Source: an uncultured Chloroflexia bacterium (GTDB taxonomy: Bacteria; Chloroflexota; Limnocylindria; Limnocylindrales; CSP1-4). From it: a DNA stretch of 64,000 bases. Shown here piece by piece: positions 56,541 through 64,000 of the stretch. The notes under the pieces were generated by a model. The model ran no database searches and had not been told where the DNA came from. It saw nothing but the letters and a program-made list of their open reading frames with translations. The position numbers and the translations under genes are program-made. Each line of letters begins with the position of its first letter. The stretch's first letter is position 1. The stretch lies in NCBI GenBank assembly GCA_963765245.1, contig CAVXVP010000032.1, positions 1,899 to 65,898 on the forward strand, in the 5' to 3' direction.

Positions 56541-56873
56541 TTATACGCGGGGACCCCCGCGACGGACGTGGACCCGCAATTCACGCGCGCCGACGCCACC
56601 CGGCGATGCCGCGAACGCGCTCAAGAGCTCTCCGCTGCGCAGGCGGAGCTCCTGCGCGACGATCGGTGCGTCGGCTTCGACGTCGAGCGTGAACCCCTCG
56701 AGCCGGGTCACCCGGCAGGCGCCTGCGGCGGCCGGCACACGCTCGGCGACGAGCGCCTCGAAGGTCGCCATCGCCCGCGACAGGCGGAGCTCGTCCTCCA
56801 GTCCCAGGCCGCGCGCGGCGTCCGGGATGAGGTCGCCGATCCGCACCATCGGCCGCTTCCGCTGGCCGCTCAT
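56541..56873 (-). CDS. DUF721-family protein (DciA-like), downstream of recF
   Basis: Intact 110-aa ORF. ATG overlaps the recF stop (ATGA). IGDLIPDAARGLGLEDELRLSRAMATFEALV...LEGFTLDVEADAPIVAQELRLRSGELLSAF. The position after recF matches the actinobacterial DUF721 gene. Confidence 0.65.
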   Translation of the reverse strand: MSGQRKRPMVRIGDLIPDAARGLGLEDELRLSRAMATFEALVAERVPAAAGACRVTRLEGFTLDVEADAPIVAQELRLRSGELLSAFAASPGGVGARELRVHVRRGGPRV

Positions 56874-58027
56874 CGGGACGCGTCGCTGGCTAGCCCGACC
56901 GGCCCGCCGACCAGGCGCGCGCCATCGGGCTCGGCGCGGACCTCCCAGGAGGTGGCGATCGCCAGCAGCTCGGGATCGAGGTCGTCGAGGGTCGTGGTCG
57001 TCACGAACGCCTGGGGCAACGCCGCGATGCGCCGTACGAGGTGCGAGCGGCGCTCGGGATCAAGCTCCGAGAAGACGTCGTCGAGCAGGAGCAACGGCGG
57101 CCGCCCGTCGAGCGCGGTGACGACGTCGAGCTCAGCGAGCTTCAGGGCGAGGATGGCGGTCCGTTGCTGGCCACGTGATGCGAACGAGGCGAGGTCCCGG
57201 CCATCGAGCTCGAAGACCAGGTCGTCACGGTGCGGCCCGATGAGCGTCGAGCCGTTCCAGACCTCCTTGTCGGCCGTCTCGACCAGGCGCCGGGCGAGCG
57301 CGTCCCGCGGCGACTCCCCGGGGAGTGGCGGCGCATTGGTCTCGTAGCGGAGCGTCAGACGAGCGGCGGCAGCCTCCTCCGGGGCGATCTCGGCATGGGC
57401 CGCTGCCAGCGGCCCGGAGAGCACGTCGAGCATCCGCCGGCGCTCGGCGACGATCGACGCCCCGGCGTCGAGGAACGCCCCGTCCCAGAAGCGCAGCTCG
57501 TCGCGTGACGCGCCCTCCTCGCGGATCGCGCGCAGCAGGCTGTTCCGCTGCTGGAGCGTCCGGCCGTACGTCGTGAACGCGTCCGCGTAGGCCGGGGAGC
57601 TGGTCGAGGCCAGCTGGTCGAGCACCGCCCGCCGCAGCGACGGCGAGCCGGCGATGAGCAGCATCTCCTCGGGTGCGAAGAGGACGATCCGTAGCAGGCC
57701 GGCCAGTCCGGTCGCGCGACGGCCGAGCCCGTTGACCCTGATCCGCTTGCGGCCGGCCGTGCCGGTCGCCCCGCCCCGAACGATCGCCACCTCGATGGTG
57801 TCGTGCCCGACCAAGCCTTCGACGCGAGCCAGGTCGGTCCCCCAGCGGATGATCTCGCCATCGGTCGTCGTCCGGTGCGAACGGCCCCAGGCGAGCAGCA
57901 CCATCGCCTCGAGCAGGCTGGTCTTGCCGGCCGCGTTGGGGCCCCACACGAGATGCGGGCCGGGACCGAACGTCGCCTCGAGCGACGCGTAGCCTCGGAG
58001 GTCGAGCAGGCTGATGCTATCGAGCAC
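56870..58027 (-). CDS. recF: DNA replication and repair protein RecF
   Basis: Intact 385-aa ORF (GTG start). LVWGPNAAGKTSLLEAM (Walker A)...RVNG...QRNSLL...GPHRDDLVFELDGRDLASFASRGQQRTAILALKLAE...PLLLLDDVFSELD. Confidence 0.9.
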   Translation of the reverse strand: MLDSISLLDLRGYASLEATFGPGPHLVWGPNAAGKTSLLEAMVLLAWGRSHRTTTDGEIIRWGTDLARVEGLVGHDTIEVAIVRGGATGTAGRKRIRVNGLGRRATGLAGLLRIVLFAPEEMLLIAGSPSLRRAVLDQLASTSSPAYADAFTTYGRTLQQRNSLLRAIREEGASRDELRFWDGAFLDAGASIVAERRRMLDVLSGPLAAAHAEIAPEEAAAARLTLRYETNAPPLPGESPRDALARRLVETADKEVWNGSTLIGPHRDDLVFELDGRDLASFASRGQQRTAILALKLAELDVVTALDGRPPLLLLDDVFSELDPERRSHLVRRIAALPQAFVTTTTLDDLDPELLAIATSWEVRAEPDGARLVGGPVGLASDASR

Positions 58028-58051
58028 TGAGCGACCCCATCGGCCCGAGGA

Positions 58052-59170
58052 TCAGGAGGTGGTCCGGACCGGCATCACCACGTGGATGTACTGGTCGTCG
58101 CCGATCGGCTTGAAGACGCCGGGCGACAGCGGGCCGTTGAGTTCGAGGGCGAACTGGTCGGCATCGACGTTGGTGAGGACGTCGGCCAGGTAGCGGGCAT
58201 TGAACGCGATGGTCGTCCCGTCGCCCTCGACCGCGGCCTCGACCTGGCCGACGAGGTCGCCGACCTCGGCGTTGGCGCTGACGGTGATCCCGGGCTCGCC
58301 GTCGGACGAGACCTGGAGCTTGACGATGTTGGCCGACTCATGGGCGATGAGCGCTGCCGGCCGGACCGCGCGCAGGAGCTCCTCGCGATCGAGGATCGCC
58401 CGCGTCGTGTGGGTCTGGGGCACGACCTGCTGGTAGTTCGGGAACTGGCCGTCGATCAGGCGGCTGACCAGGTCGATGCCATCGAGGTGGAACAGGATCT
58501 GGTTGCGCCCGCCGGCCAGGACGACCTCGACCGGGTCGTCGACGTCGGACAGGATCCGCGCCAGCTCGTTGAGCGCCCGGGCCGGGATCACGACGCTCGT
58601 CTCCGGGACGGCGTCGAGGATCGGGATGGTCTTCACCGCGATCCGGTAGTTGTCGGCCGCGGCGAGCGTCAGCTTGTCGCCCTCGAAGCGGGCGAGCACG
58701 CCGGTCAGGATCGGCCGGGCCTCGTCGCTGGCGGCCGCGAAGGCGGTCTCGGCCAGGGCCTGGCGGAGGACGTTCTGGGCGATCCGCGTGGTCGGCCGCT
58801 CGCCGGCCGCACCGATCGCCGGGAACTCGTCGGCATCGATGCCCTTGATGTGGGTCTCGAACCGGCCGCAGCGCAGGTCGAGCGTGTCGCTGGCGCCGAG
58901 CGCGAGGTCGACCCGGTCGCCGGTCGGCAGCGAGTTGACCAGGTCGGTCAGGAGCTTGGCCGGGACCGTCGTCGCGCCGTCGTTCTCGATCTTGCCCGGG
59001 ACCCAGTAGACGATCCCGATCTCGAGGTTGGTGGCGGTCAGCTTGAGCCCGGCGTCCTCGGTCTTGAGCAGGACGTTGGCCAGGACCGGGAGCGTGCTCC
59101 GGTTCGAGACGGCGCGACTGACGACCGACAGGCCGCGCGCCAGGTTCTCCTGCATGACAGAGAGTTTCAC
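58052..59170 (-). CDS. dnaN: DNA polymerase III beta subunit (sliding clamp)
   Basis: Intact 372-aa ORF (GTG 59170). LPVLANVLLKTEDAGLKLTATNLEIGI...RFEGDKLTLAAADNYRIA...LIDGQFPNYQQVVP...IAFNARYLADVL...PGVFKP...YIHVVMPVR. Confidence 0.9.
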   Translation of the reverse strand: MKLSVMQENLARGLSVVSRAVSNRSTLPVLANVLLKTEDAGLKLTATNLEIGIVYWVPGKIENDGATTVPAKLLTDLVNSLPTGDRVDLALGASDTLDLRCGRFETHIKGIDADEFPAIGAAGERPTTRIAQNVLRQALAETAFAAASDEARPILTGVLARFEGDKLTLAAADNYRIAVKTIPILDAVPETSVVIPARALNELARILSDVDDPVEVVLAGGRNQILFHLDGIDLVSRLIDGQFPNYQQVVPQTHTTRAILDREELLRAVRPAALIAHESANIVKLQVSSDGEPGITVSANAEVGDLVGQVEAAVEGDGTTIAFNARYLADVLTNVDADQFALELNGPLSPGVFKPIGDDQYIHVVMPVRTTS

Positions 59171-59651
59171 GTTGGGCTCACTCCAGTTCGTGGCTTCGGG
59201 CCGCGGGTCCGCGGGGTCGGGTCGCCGGCGGTCGGGCTGCCGTGGGTTCGGTCGGCCCTCGGGGATCGTGCCGGGTCGGTAGTAGTGGGTATCTTCTCTC
59301 TATCTTCTCATCCCGTCATCACCGTAGTAATGGTGTGGACTCGGTGGAGGGACGCGCTCGCCCGTGAGTGATCTCGCGGTGGACGACCGGTCGGCCCCGG
59401 TGGACGGGATCGACTCGGACCGGGGTCTCGGCGGAGGACGAAAGGTGGACGGCCCGGCGCCCGTCCACGAGACGCTCCAGATGCCGTCCTGCTGTCCACC
59501 ACGGCCTGCCCGGAAACGCCGCCAAACAGGGCCAGATGTCCACAGGTGACCATGGTTTTCCACCAATTCCGTGCCGTTATCCACCGTGGACGGCCGGAAA
59601 GGTGCCGATCGGGACCCTGTGGCGACCCGGCGCGCGACGGCGCGGCGAGGG
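59171..59651. other. probable chromosomal replication origin (oriC) in the dnaA-dnaN intergenic region
   Basis: At least 10 DnaA-box-like motifs built on GTCCAC/GTGGAC or TCCAC fall within 59333-59591. They include TGTCCACA (59537-59544), TTATCCACC (59577-59585), TGTCCACC (59493-59500), TTTTCCACC (~59556-59564), GTGTGGAC (59333-59340) and GTGGAC at 59379, 59400, 59445 and 59586. The flanking lower-GC stretch 59285-59330 carries a direct repeat ATCTTCTC x2. Confidence 0.7.
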
Positions 59652-61070
59652 TCAGTCGGCGTAGATCAGCTCCCGGACCGCGGCGATCTCGCGTCGCAGC
59701 TCGTCGTTGACGGCGACCTCGCGGGTGATCTTGTCGCAGGCGTGCAGGACCGTCGAGTGGTCGCGGCCGCCGAGCTCGGCGCCGATCCGCAGGAGCGAGA
59801 CGTCCGTCTCCTCGCGCATCAGGAACATCGCGATCTGGCGCGGGACGACGATCGCCTTGTCGCGCTTCTGGCCGGCCAGCACGTCCATCGGGACGCTGTA
59901 GTACTCCGAGACGACCTTGGCGATGCGCTCCGGGGTGACCTGGCGCTTCTTGGGGTTGTAGAGGACGTTCGAGAGGACGGCCTGGGCGAGCTCGATGCCG
60001 ATCGGCATGGCGCCCATGCTCGCGTAGGCGACGATCCGGTTGAGCGCGCCCTCGAGCTCGCGGATGTTGCTGACGACCTTGCGCGCGATGAACTCGATGA
60101 CGTCCGAGGTCACCGGGACCGCACCCTCCTCGGCCTTGGCGCGCAGGATCGCGATGCGCGTCTCGAGGTCCGGCGCGGTCAGGTCCGCGATGAGGCCCCA
60201 CTCGAACCGGCTGCGCAGCCGTTCCTCGAGGGTGAGGATCGCCTTGGGCGGCCGGTCGGACGACAGGACGATCTGCTTGCCGTCCTCGTGGATCGCGTTG
60301 AACGTGTGGAAGAACTCTTCCTGGGTCCGTTCCTTGTCGGCGATGAACTGGATGTCGTCGATGAGGAGCAGGTCGATCCGCCGGTAGCGGGCGCGGAACT
60401 CGTCGATCTTGCCCTGCTGGATCGAGGCGATGAACTCGTTGGTGAACTTCTCGCTGGTCGCGTAGACGACGCGCTTGCGCGGGAACTTGGCGATCACCTG
60501 GTTGCCGATGGCGTGCATCAGGTGGGTCTTGCCGAGGCCCACGCCGCCGTACAGGAAGAGCGGGTTGTAGGCGTGGCCCGGCCGTTCCGCGACCGACAGG
60601 CTCGCCGCGTGGGCCAGCCGGTTGGCCGAGCCGACGATGAAGTTGGCGAAGGTGTAGCGCGGGTTGAGGTAGGTCGTTCCGCCCTCGCCACCGACCCGCG
60701 TCGGCTCGACCCGCACCTGCTGGCGAGGAGCCGGCCCGTTCCTGGACCCGTCCGCGGCGGCCTCGGCGCCGTTCACGGCCGCCGCACCGACCGCTGCCGG
60801 CTGGGCCTCGCCGGGGTTCTCCGGCGTGGCGCCGATGACGAATTCGACCTGGACGCTGTAGCCCACGATGCGGGCGAGGGTCTGGCTGATCAGCGAGCGA
60901 TAGCGCGACTCGAGCCAGTCCTTGGCGAAGCCGTTCGGGACGGCGATCCGGAAGCGCTGCTCATCGACATCCACCAGCTGGGTATCGCGCAGCCACGTCT
61001 CGAAATTGGCCGGGGAGAGCGAGACCTGAAGCTCTCCCAGAGCCGCCCGCCAGACTTGTTTTGCGTCCAT
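59652..61070 (-). CDS. dnaA: chromosomal replication initiator protein DnaA
   Basis: ATG 61070, 472 aa, intact. WRAALGELQVSLSPANFETWL...NPRYTFANFIVGSANRLAHAA...YNPLFLYGGVGLGKTHLMHAIGN...IDLLLIDDIQF...TQEEFFHTFN...IVLSSDRPP...SNIRELEGALNR...PRQIAMFLMRE...IGAELGGRDHSTVLHA. Confidence 0.95.
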   Translation of the reverse strand: MDAKQVWRAALGELQVSLSPANFETWLRDTQLVDVDEQRFRIAVPNGFAKDWLESRYRSLISQTLARIVGYSVQVEFVIGATPENPGEAQPAAVGAAAVNGAEAAADGSRNGPAPRQQVRVEPTRVGGEGGTTYLNPRYTFANFIVGSANRLAHAASLSVAERPGHAYNPLFLYGGVGLGKTHLMHAIGNQVIAKFPRKRVVYATSEKFTNEFIASIQQGKIDEFRARYRRIDLLLIDDIQFIADKERTQEEFFHTFNAIHEDGKQIVLSSDRPPKAILTLEERLRSRFEWGLIADLTAPDLETRIAILRAKAEEGAVPVTSDVIEFIARKVVSNIRELEGALNRIVAYASMGAMPIGIELAQAVLSNVLYNPKKRQVTPERIAKVVSEYYSVPMDVLAGQKRDKAIVVPRQIAMFLMREETDVSLLRIGAELGGRDHSTVLHACDKITREVAVNDELRREIAAVRELIYAD

Positions 61071-61432
61071 TCGTCGATGGGATCCTGCGGTGTGGGATGA
61101 CGGTTGATGGGTAGCGTTCTCTACGGTCGCTGAACGGGGCCTGGGGTCTCGCGCGCTCGGACAGGCTGTTTGCTTTGGCACCGGTCGATGACTTCCCGAG
61201 GATCCTGTCGGGACTCCGGGTGGTATCCCTTGTACGTCTCCGGCGCCGAGGGCCCGGAGAGGATAGCACCGCCCGGACGGGCGCCGCAAGGCGATTTTGC
61301 GATACCCCCGGGGAGTATCGGTGCGTGGCCGGTCCGACGTCGCTGCCGGTCCAGCCCGGCCGCCGCCTGGAAGCGCGAGCTGCTCCTCGGCGCGATCCCG
61401 CGCGCGAGGCTATAGACCGACCCGGGTCACGT

Positions 61433-61462
61433 TTGACACCCTTCTCGAACGCGGCCTATCAT
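61433..61462 (+). promoter_or_regulatory. candidate sigma-70-like promoter for rpmH-rnpA-yidD-yidC (TTGACA-18-TATCAT)
   Basis: TTGACA at 61433-61438, an 18-nt spacer, TATCAT at 61457-61462, about 115 nt upstream of the rpmH ATG. Confidence 0.4.
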
Positions 61463-61576
61463 CCGCCGGACGACGACGCGCCGTGCGCTTTCGGGCGCCA
61501 GGCGCGTTTGCGTGCCTTCAGGGGGTAGTGACAGACCGTCCCCGAGGCCGGATGGAGAGGATCCCGGACAGTCCCG

Positions 61577-61714
61577 ATGACCAAACAGACCTTTCAGCCG
61601 AAGAAGCGCCACCGCGCCAAGGAACACGGCTTTCGCGCACGGATGAAGTCGGCCGGTGGCCGTCGCATCCTGGCGGCCCGCCGAGCCCGCGGCCGAAAGC
61701 GGCTGACAGCCTGA
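61577..61714 (+). CDS. rpmH: 50S ribosomal protein L34
   Basis: A 45-codon ORF too short for the ORF track: [45 protein letters not shown]. Confidence 0.9.
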   Translation: MTKQTFQPKKRHRAKEHGFRARMKSAGGRRILAARRARGRKRLTA

Positions 61715-61746
61715 CCATCGGGCGCGGCTCCAACACGCCGCGGCTC

Positions 61747-62082
61747 GTGATGCTCTCCCGACCGCAGGACTTCGCGGCGTTCCAAGGCGGCGGGACCACC
61801 AGGTCCCACCCGCTCCTCATCGCCCGGTTCCGGCGGACCGATCTCGAGACGACCCGCTTCGGGCTGTCGACCGGCCGAGCGCTCGGCGGGGCGGTGGTTC
61901 GGAACCGTGTCCGTCGCCGGCTCCGCGAGGCGCTCAGGATGATGTCGCCGTCATTCCAGCCAGGCTGGGACGTCCTCATCATCGCCAAGCCGGCGATCGT
62001 CGAAGCCGATCAAGACACGCTGGTCGGGGCTCTGCGCCGAACACTCATCAAGGGCGGCGCACTCGGAGGTTCCACGGGTTGA
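61747..62082 (+). CDS. rnpA: ribonuclease P protein component
   Basis: [25 protein letters not shown]...[29 protein letters not shown]...[10 protein letters not shown]. The start is uncertain: GTG 61747, ATG 61750, or a non-canonical start nearer the rpmH stop. Confidence 0.75.
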   Translation: MMLSRPQDFAAFQGGGTTRSHPLLIARFRRTDLETTRFGLSTGRALGGAVVRNRVRRRLREALRMMSPSFQPGWDVLIIAKPAIVEADQDTLVGALRRTLIKGGALGGSTG

Positions 62083-62285
62083 AGCGCATCGGGATCGGGT
62101 TCATCAAGCTCTATCGGATCGTCTTTGCCTGGATGCCGTCGAGCTGCCGCTACGAACCGACCTGCTCCCGCTACACCGAGCAGGCGATCGAGCGATACGG
62201 ACTCCTCAAAGGAAGCTGGATGGGCGCTCGACGCATCGCTCGCTGTCATCCCTGGGGCGGGAGCGGTTATGACCCGGTTCGCTAG
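62079..62285 (+). CDS. yidD: membrane protein insertion efficiency factor YidD
   Basis: TTG 62079 overlaps the rnpA stop. [60 protein letters not shown]. Confidence 0.85.
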   Translation: MKRIGIGFIKLYRIVFAWMPSSCRYEPTCSRYTEQAIERYGLLKGSWMGARRIARCHPWGGSGYDPVR

Positions 62286-63495
62286 CGAGGCCCGCAACAC
62301 AGTGACGATCCGCCGCCCCAGCTGGCACCAGATCGGCGCGATCGCGCTCCTGCTGCTGGTCGTCCTGGTCGTGGTCGCGTGCGCGGCCCCGGTCGAGCCC
62401 GGCGCATCGGGCGTGTCGGGCGCACCGCACGTCTCGCCGACGCCGCAGCCGCCCCTCCAGCCGGCGCAGCCCGGCGCCGACCCGATCAGCCTCCTGGCCT
62501 GGCTGTTCACGCCGATCTTCCAGGTCATGTTCATCATCATGGTCGCGGTCTACGTGTTCCTGGAGGACCTCGGCGTCCCAGGTGCGATCGGCTGGGCCAT
62601 CGTCGCCCTGACCCTCGTCGTCCGGTCACTGGTCATCCCGCTCTACCGGCGCCAGCTCACGTCGCAGCGCCGGATGCAGATGCTCCAGCCGGAGATCAAG
62701 GAGATCCAGCGGCGCTACAAGGGCGACTCCATGAAGGCGCGCGTCGCCCAACAGGAGCTGATGAAGGAGCGGGGCATCAGCCCGCTTGCCGGCTGCCTGC
62801 CGCTCCTGCTCCAGATGCCGCTGCTGTTCATCATGTATTCGGTCATCCAGCACGGGCTGACCAACCAGGACCCGACGGCGATGCTGTCGATCTTCGGCAA
62901 CCCGATCCTCCACCTGTCGTGCACCAACGTGGTCAACGGCGTCGTCGACGCCACCCGGCCGTGCATCGACACGATCATCCCGATCTTCGGCGGGATCGAC
63001 GTCAGCAAGCCATCGACGTTCGTGGACATCGCCATCCCGGGCACGCAGATCGTCCTTGGCCTGAGCATCCTGGCCATCATCTCGGCCGGCCTCCAGCTGG
63101 TCCAGTCGCGGATGATGCTGCCGACGACCCGGCCCGAGGACGACGACCCCAACACCAAGATCCAGCGTCAGACGATGCTGCTGCTGCCGCTCATCTCGGT
63201 CGCATACGGCGGCTTCCTGCCGGCCGGCCTGTTCATCTACTGGATCACCGCCACGATCTTCTCGATCATCCAGCAGTACCTCATCGTGGGCTGGGGCGGG
63301 ATGTTCCCATTGTTCGGCCGGACACCGGCATTCGCGACGGGCCACGCCCCGCGCTTCCCGGTGTCGATGCCACCACCACCAGATCCAGAGAAGCGTGCGG
63401 CCATCCTGACCGACGCCGACAAGAAGACCACGGCCAGTTCGACGATCCGCCCCGTGAAGAAGGGTCGCCAAGGCCGACGAGGGAGACGACGCTGA
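62269..63495 (+). CDS. yidC: membrane protein insertase YidC
   Basis: ATG 62269, intact. [46 protein letters not shown]...[30 protein letters not shown]...[35 protein letters not shown], with a basic C-terminal tail. Confidence 0.85.
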   Translation: MTRFASEARNTVTIRRPSWHQIGAIALLLLVVLVVVACAAPVEPGASGVSGAPHVSPTPQPPLQPAQPGADPISLLAWLFTPIFQVMFIIMVAVYVFLEDLGVPGAIGWAIVALTLVVRSLVIPLYRRQLTSQRRMQMLQPEIKEIQRRYKGDSMKARVAQQELMKERGISPLAGCLPLLLQMPLLFIMYSVIQHGLTNQDPTAMLSIFGNPILHLSCTNVVNGVVDATRPCIDTIIPIFGGIDVSKPSTFVDIAIPGTQIVLGLSILAIISAGLQLVQSRMMLPTTRPEDDDPNTKIQRQTMLLLPLISVAYGGFLPAGLFIYWITATIFSIIQQYLIVGWGGMFPLFGRTPAFATGHAPRFPVSMPPPPDPEKRAAILTDADKKTTASSTIRPVKKGRQGRRGRRR

Positions 63496-63496
63496 C

Positions 63497-64000
63497 ATGA
63501 GCGAGTACCGCGAGTTCACCGGCAAGTCCGTCGAGGAGGCACTCAAGCTCGCCCGCGAGGCGTTCGGTGCCGACCTGAACGACCTGGACTTCGAGATCCT
63601 GACCCCCGGCAGCCGTGGCGTCCTCGGGATGGGCGCCGAGCCCGCACGGATCGTCGCCGCACCGCGCACCGCGCTCGGTGGCGCCGCACCCAAGCGCGAG
63701 GCCGCTGCCGCCGTCCCGCTCCCGCCCGCGCCACCGCGCGAGGAACGTCCCCGCGACGACCGCCCGCCGCGCCGTGACGACCGGCCCCGCGACGATCGAC
63801 CCCAGGGTGACCGGCCGCCACAGGCGAACCGGCCTCCGCAGGGTGACCGCCCGCCGCGCCGCGACGACCGGCCCCGAGACGACCGACCGCGTGGCGACCG
63901 CCCGCCGCGTCGCGACGACCGACCTCGGCGAGACGATCGCCCGGCGCCGACGCGCGGCGGATCGGCCGACCTGTCCGCCTCCGAGGCCGCCGAGGTCGCG
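63497..64000 (+). CDS. jag: Jag/KhpB-like protein, N-terminal part (3' end outside window)
   Basis: ATG 63497 lies 1 nt after the yidC stop. MSEYREFTGKSVEEALKLAREAFGADLNDLDFEILTPGSRGVLGMGAEPARIV is the Jag N-domain, followed by an R/D/P-rich repeat region. The frame is open to the window edge. Confidence 0.7.
   Translation, partial: MSEYREFTGKSVEEALKLAREAFGADLNDLDFEILTPGSRGVLGMGAEPARIVAAPRTALGGAAPKREAAAAVPLPPAPPREERPRDDRPPRRDDRPRDDRPQGDRPPQANRPPQGDRPPRRDDRPRDDRPRGDRPPRRDDRPRRDDRPAPTRGGSADLSASEAAEVA
63715..63950 (+). repeat. degenerate tandem coding repeat (RDDRPPR/GDRPP units) inside jag
   Basis: Units such as cgcgacgaccg(c/g)ccgcc / ggtgaccg(g/c)ccgcc recur about every 21-30 nt and translate to PRDDRPPRRDDRPRDDRPQGDRPPQANRPPQGDRPPRRDDRPRDDRPRGDRPPRRDDRPRRDDRP. 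Confidence 0.7.

Noticed and set aside
61071-61576. The dnaA-rpmH intergenic region as the origin of replication
   Set aside because: I found no cluster of TCCAC/GTCCAC DnaA-box motifs comparable to the dnaA-dnaN spacer. It more likely holds just the divergent dnaA and rpmH promoters.
1-64000. Mobile elements, prophage, toxin-antitoxin, restriction-modification or other defence systems
   Set aside because: No transposase, integrase, phage structural, Cas, methyltransferase-nuclease pair or small TA-like gene pairs were recognisable in any frame. The window looks like core chromosome plus cell-envelope and respiration loci.

Overview
This is a very GC-rich (about 70% G+C by eye) chromosomal segment that ends in the replication-origin neighbourhood. 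I found no rRNA, intact tRNA, CRISPR array, transposase or integrase.

Gene content, left to right:
- purH (partial), glpX, an F420-dependent glucose-6-phosphate dehydrogenase, kynureninase, an FGE/SUMF1-family protein, an S51 peptidase, folK, a hypothetical gene and a MidA/NDUFAF7-type methyltransferase.
- An ECF sigma / anti-sigma pair.
- A 15-kb nuo (complex I) operon with a non-canonical gene order and an unusual electron-input module.
- A sortase-like gene, an otsB-like phosphatase, corA, an MFS transporter and a DUF2182 / thioredoxin-like / HTH-regulator set.
- A second ECF sigma whose anti-sigma carries PD40 and Kelch repeats.
- A phosphatidylinositol/PIM operon: arsR-pgsA-ino1-two acyltransferases-PHP-pimA.
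- Three GT-C membrane glycosyltransferases, one of 1883 aa.
- A bifunctional-nuclease-family gene, a rhomboid protease and a PP2C-like membrane protein.
- DUF721(DciA)-recF-dnaN-[oriC]-dnaA, facing rpmH-rnpA-yidD-yidC-jag.

The gene content (F420, PI/PIM genes, oriC between dnaA and dnaN) looks actinobacterial or closely related.

Caveat on coordinates: many conserved genes are interrupted by single-base indels, mostly in short G/C runs. The coordinates below therefore describe genes reconstructed across frames, and starts are often GTG/TTG and uncertain.

Most interesting signal: the nuo operon. NuoI appears split into two orphan half-ferredoxin motifs. These flank an inserted module made of a Cys-free NuoE-like domain, a divergent NuoF, and an 870-aa 2Fe-2S/GltD-like/poly-ferredoxin protein that sits where NuoG should be.
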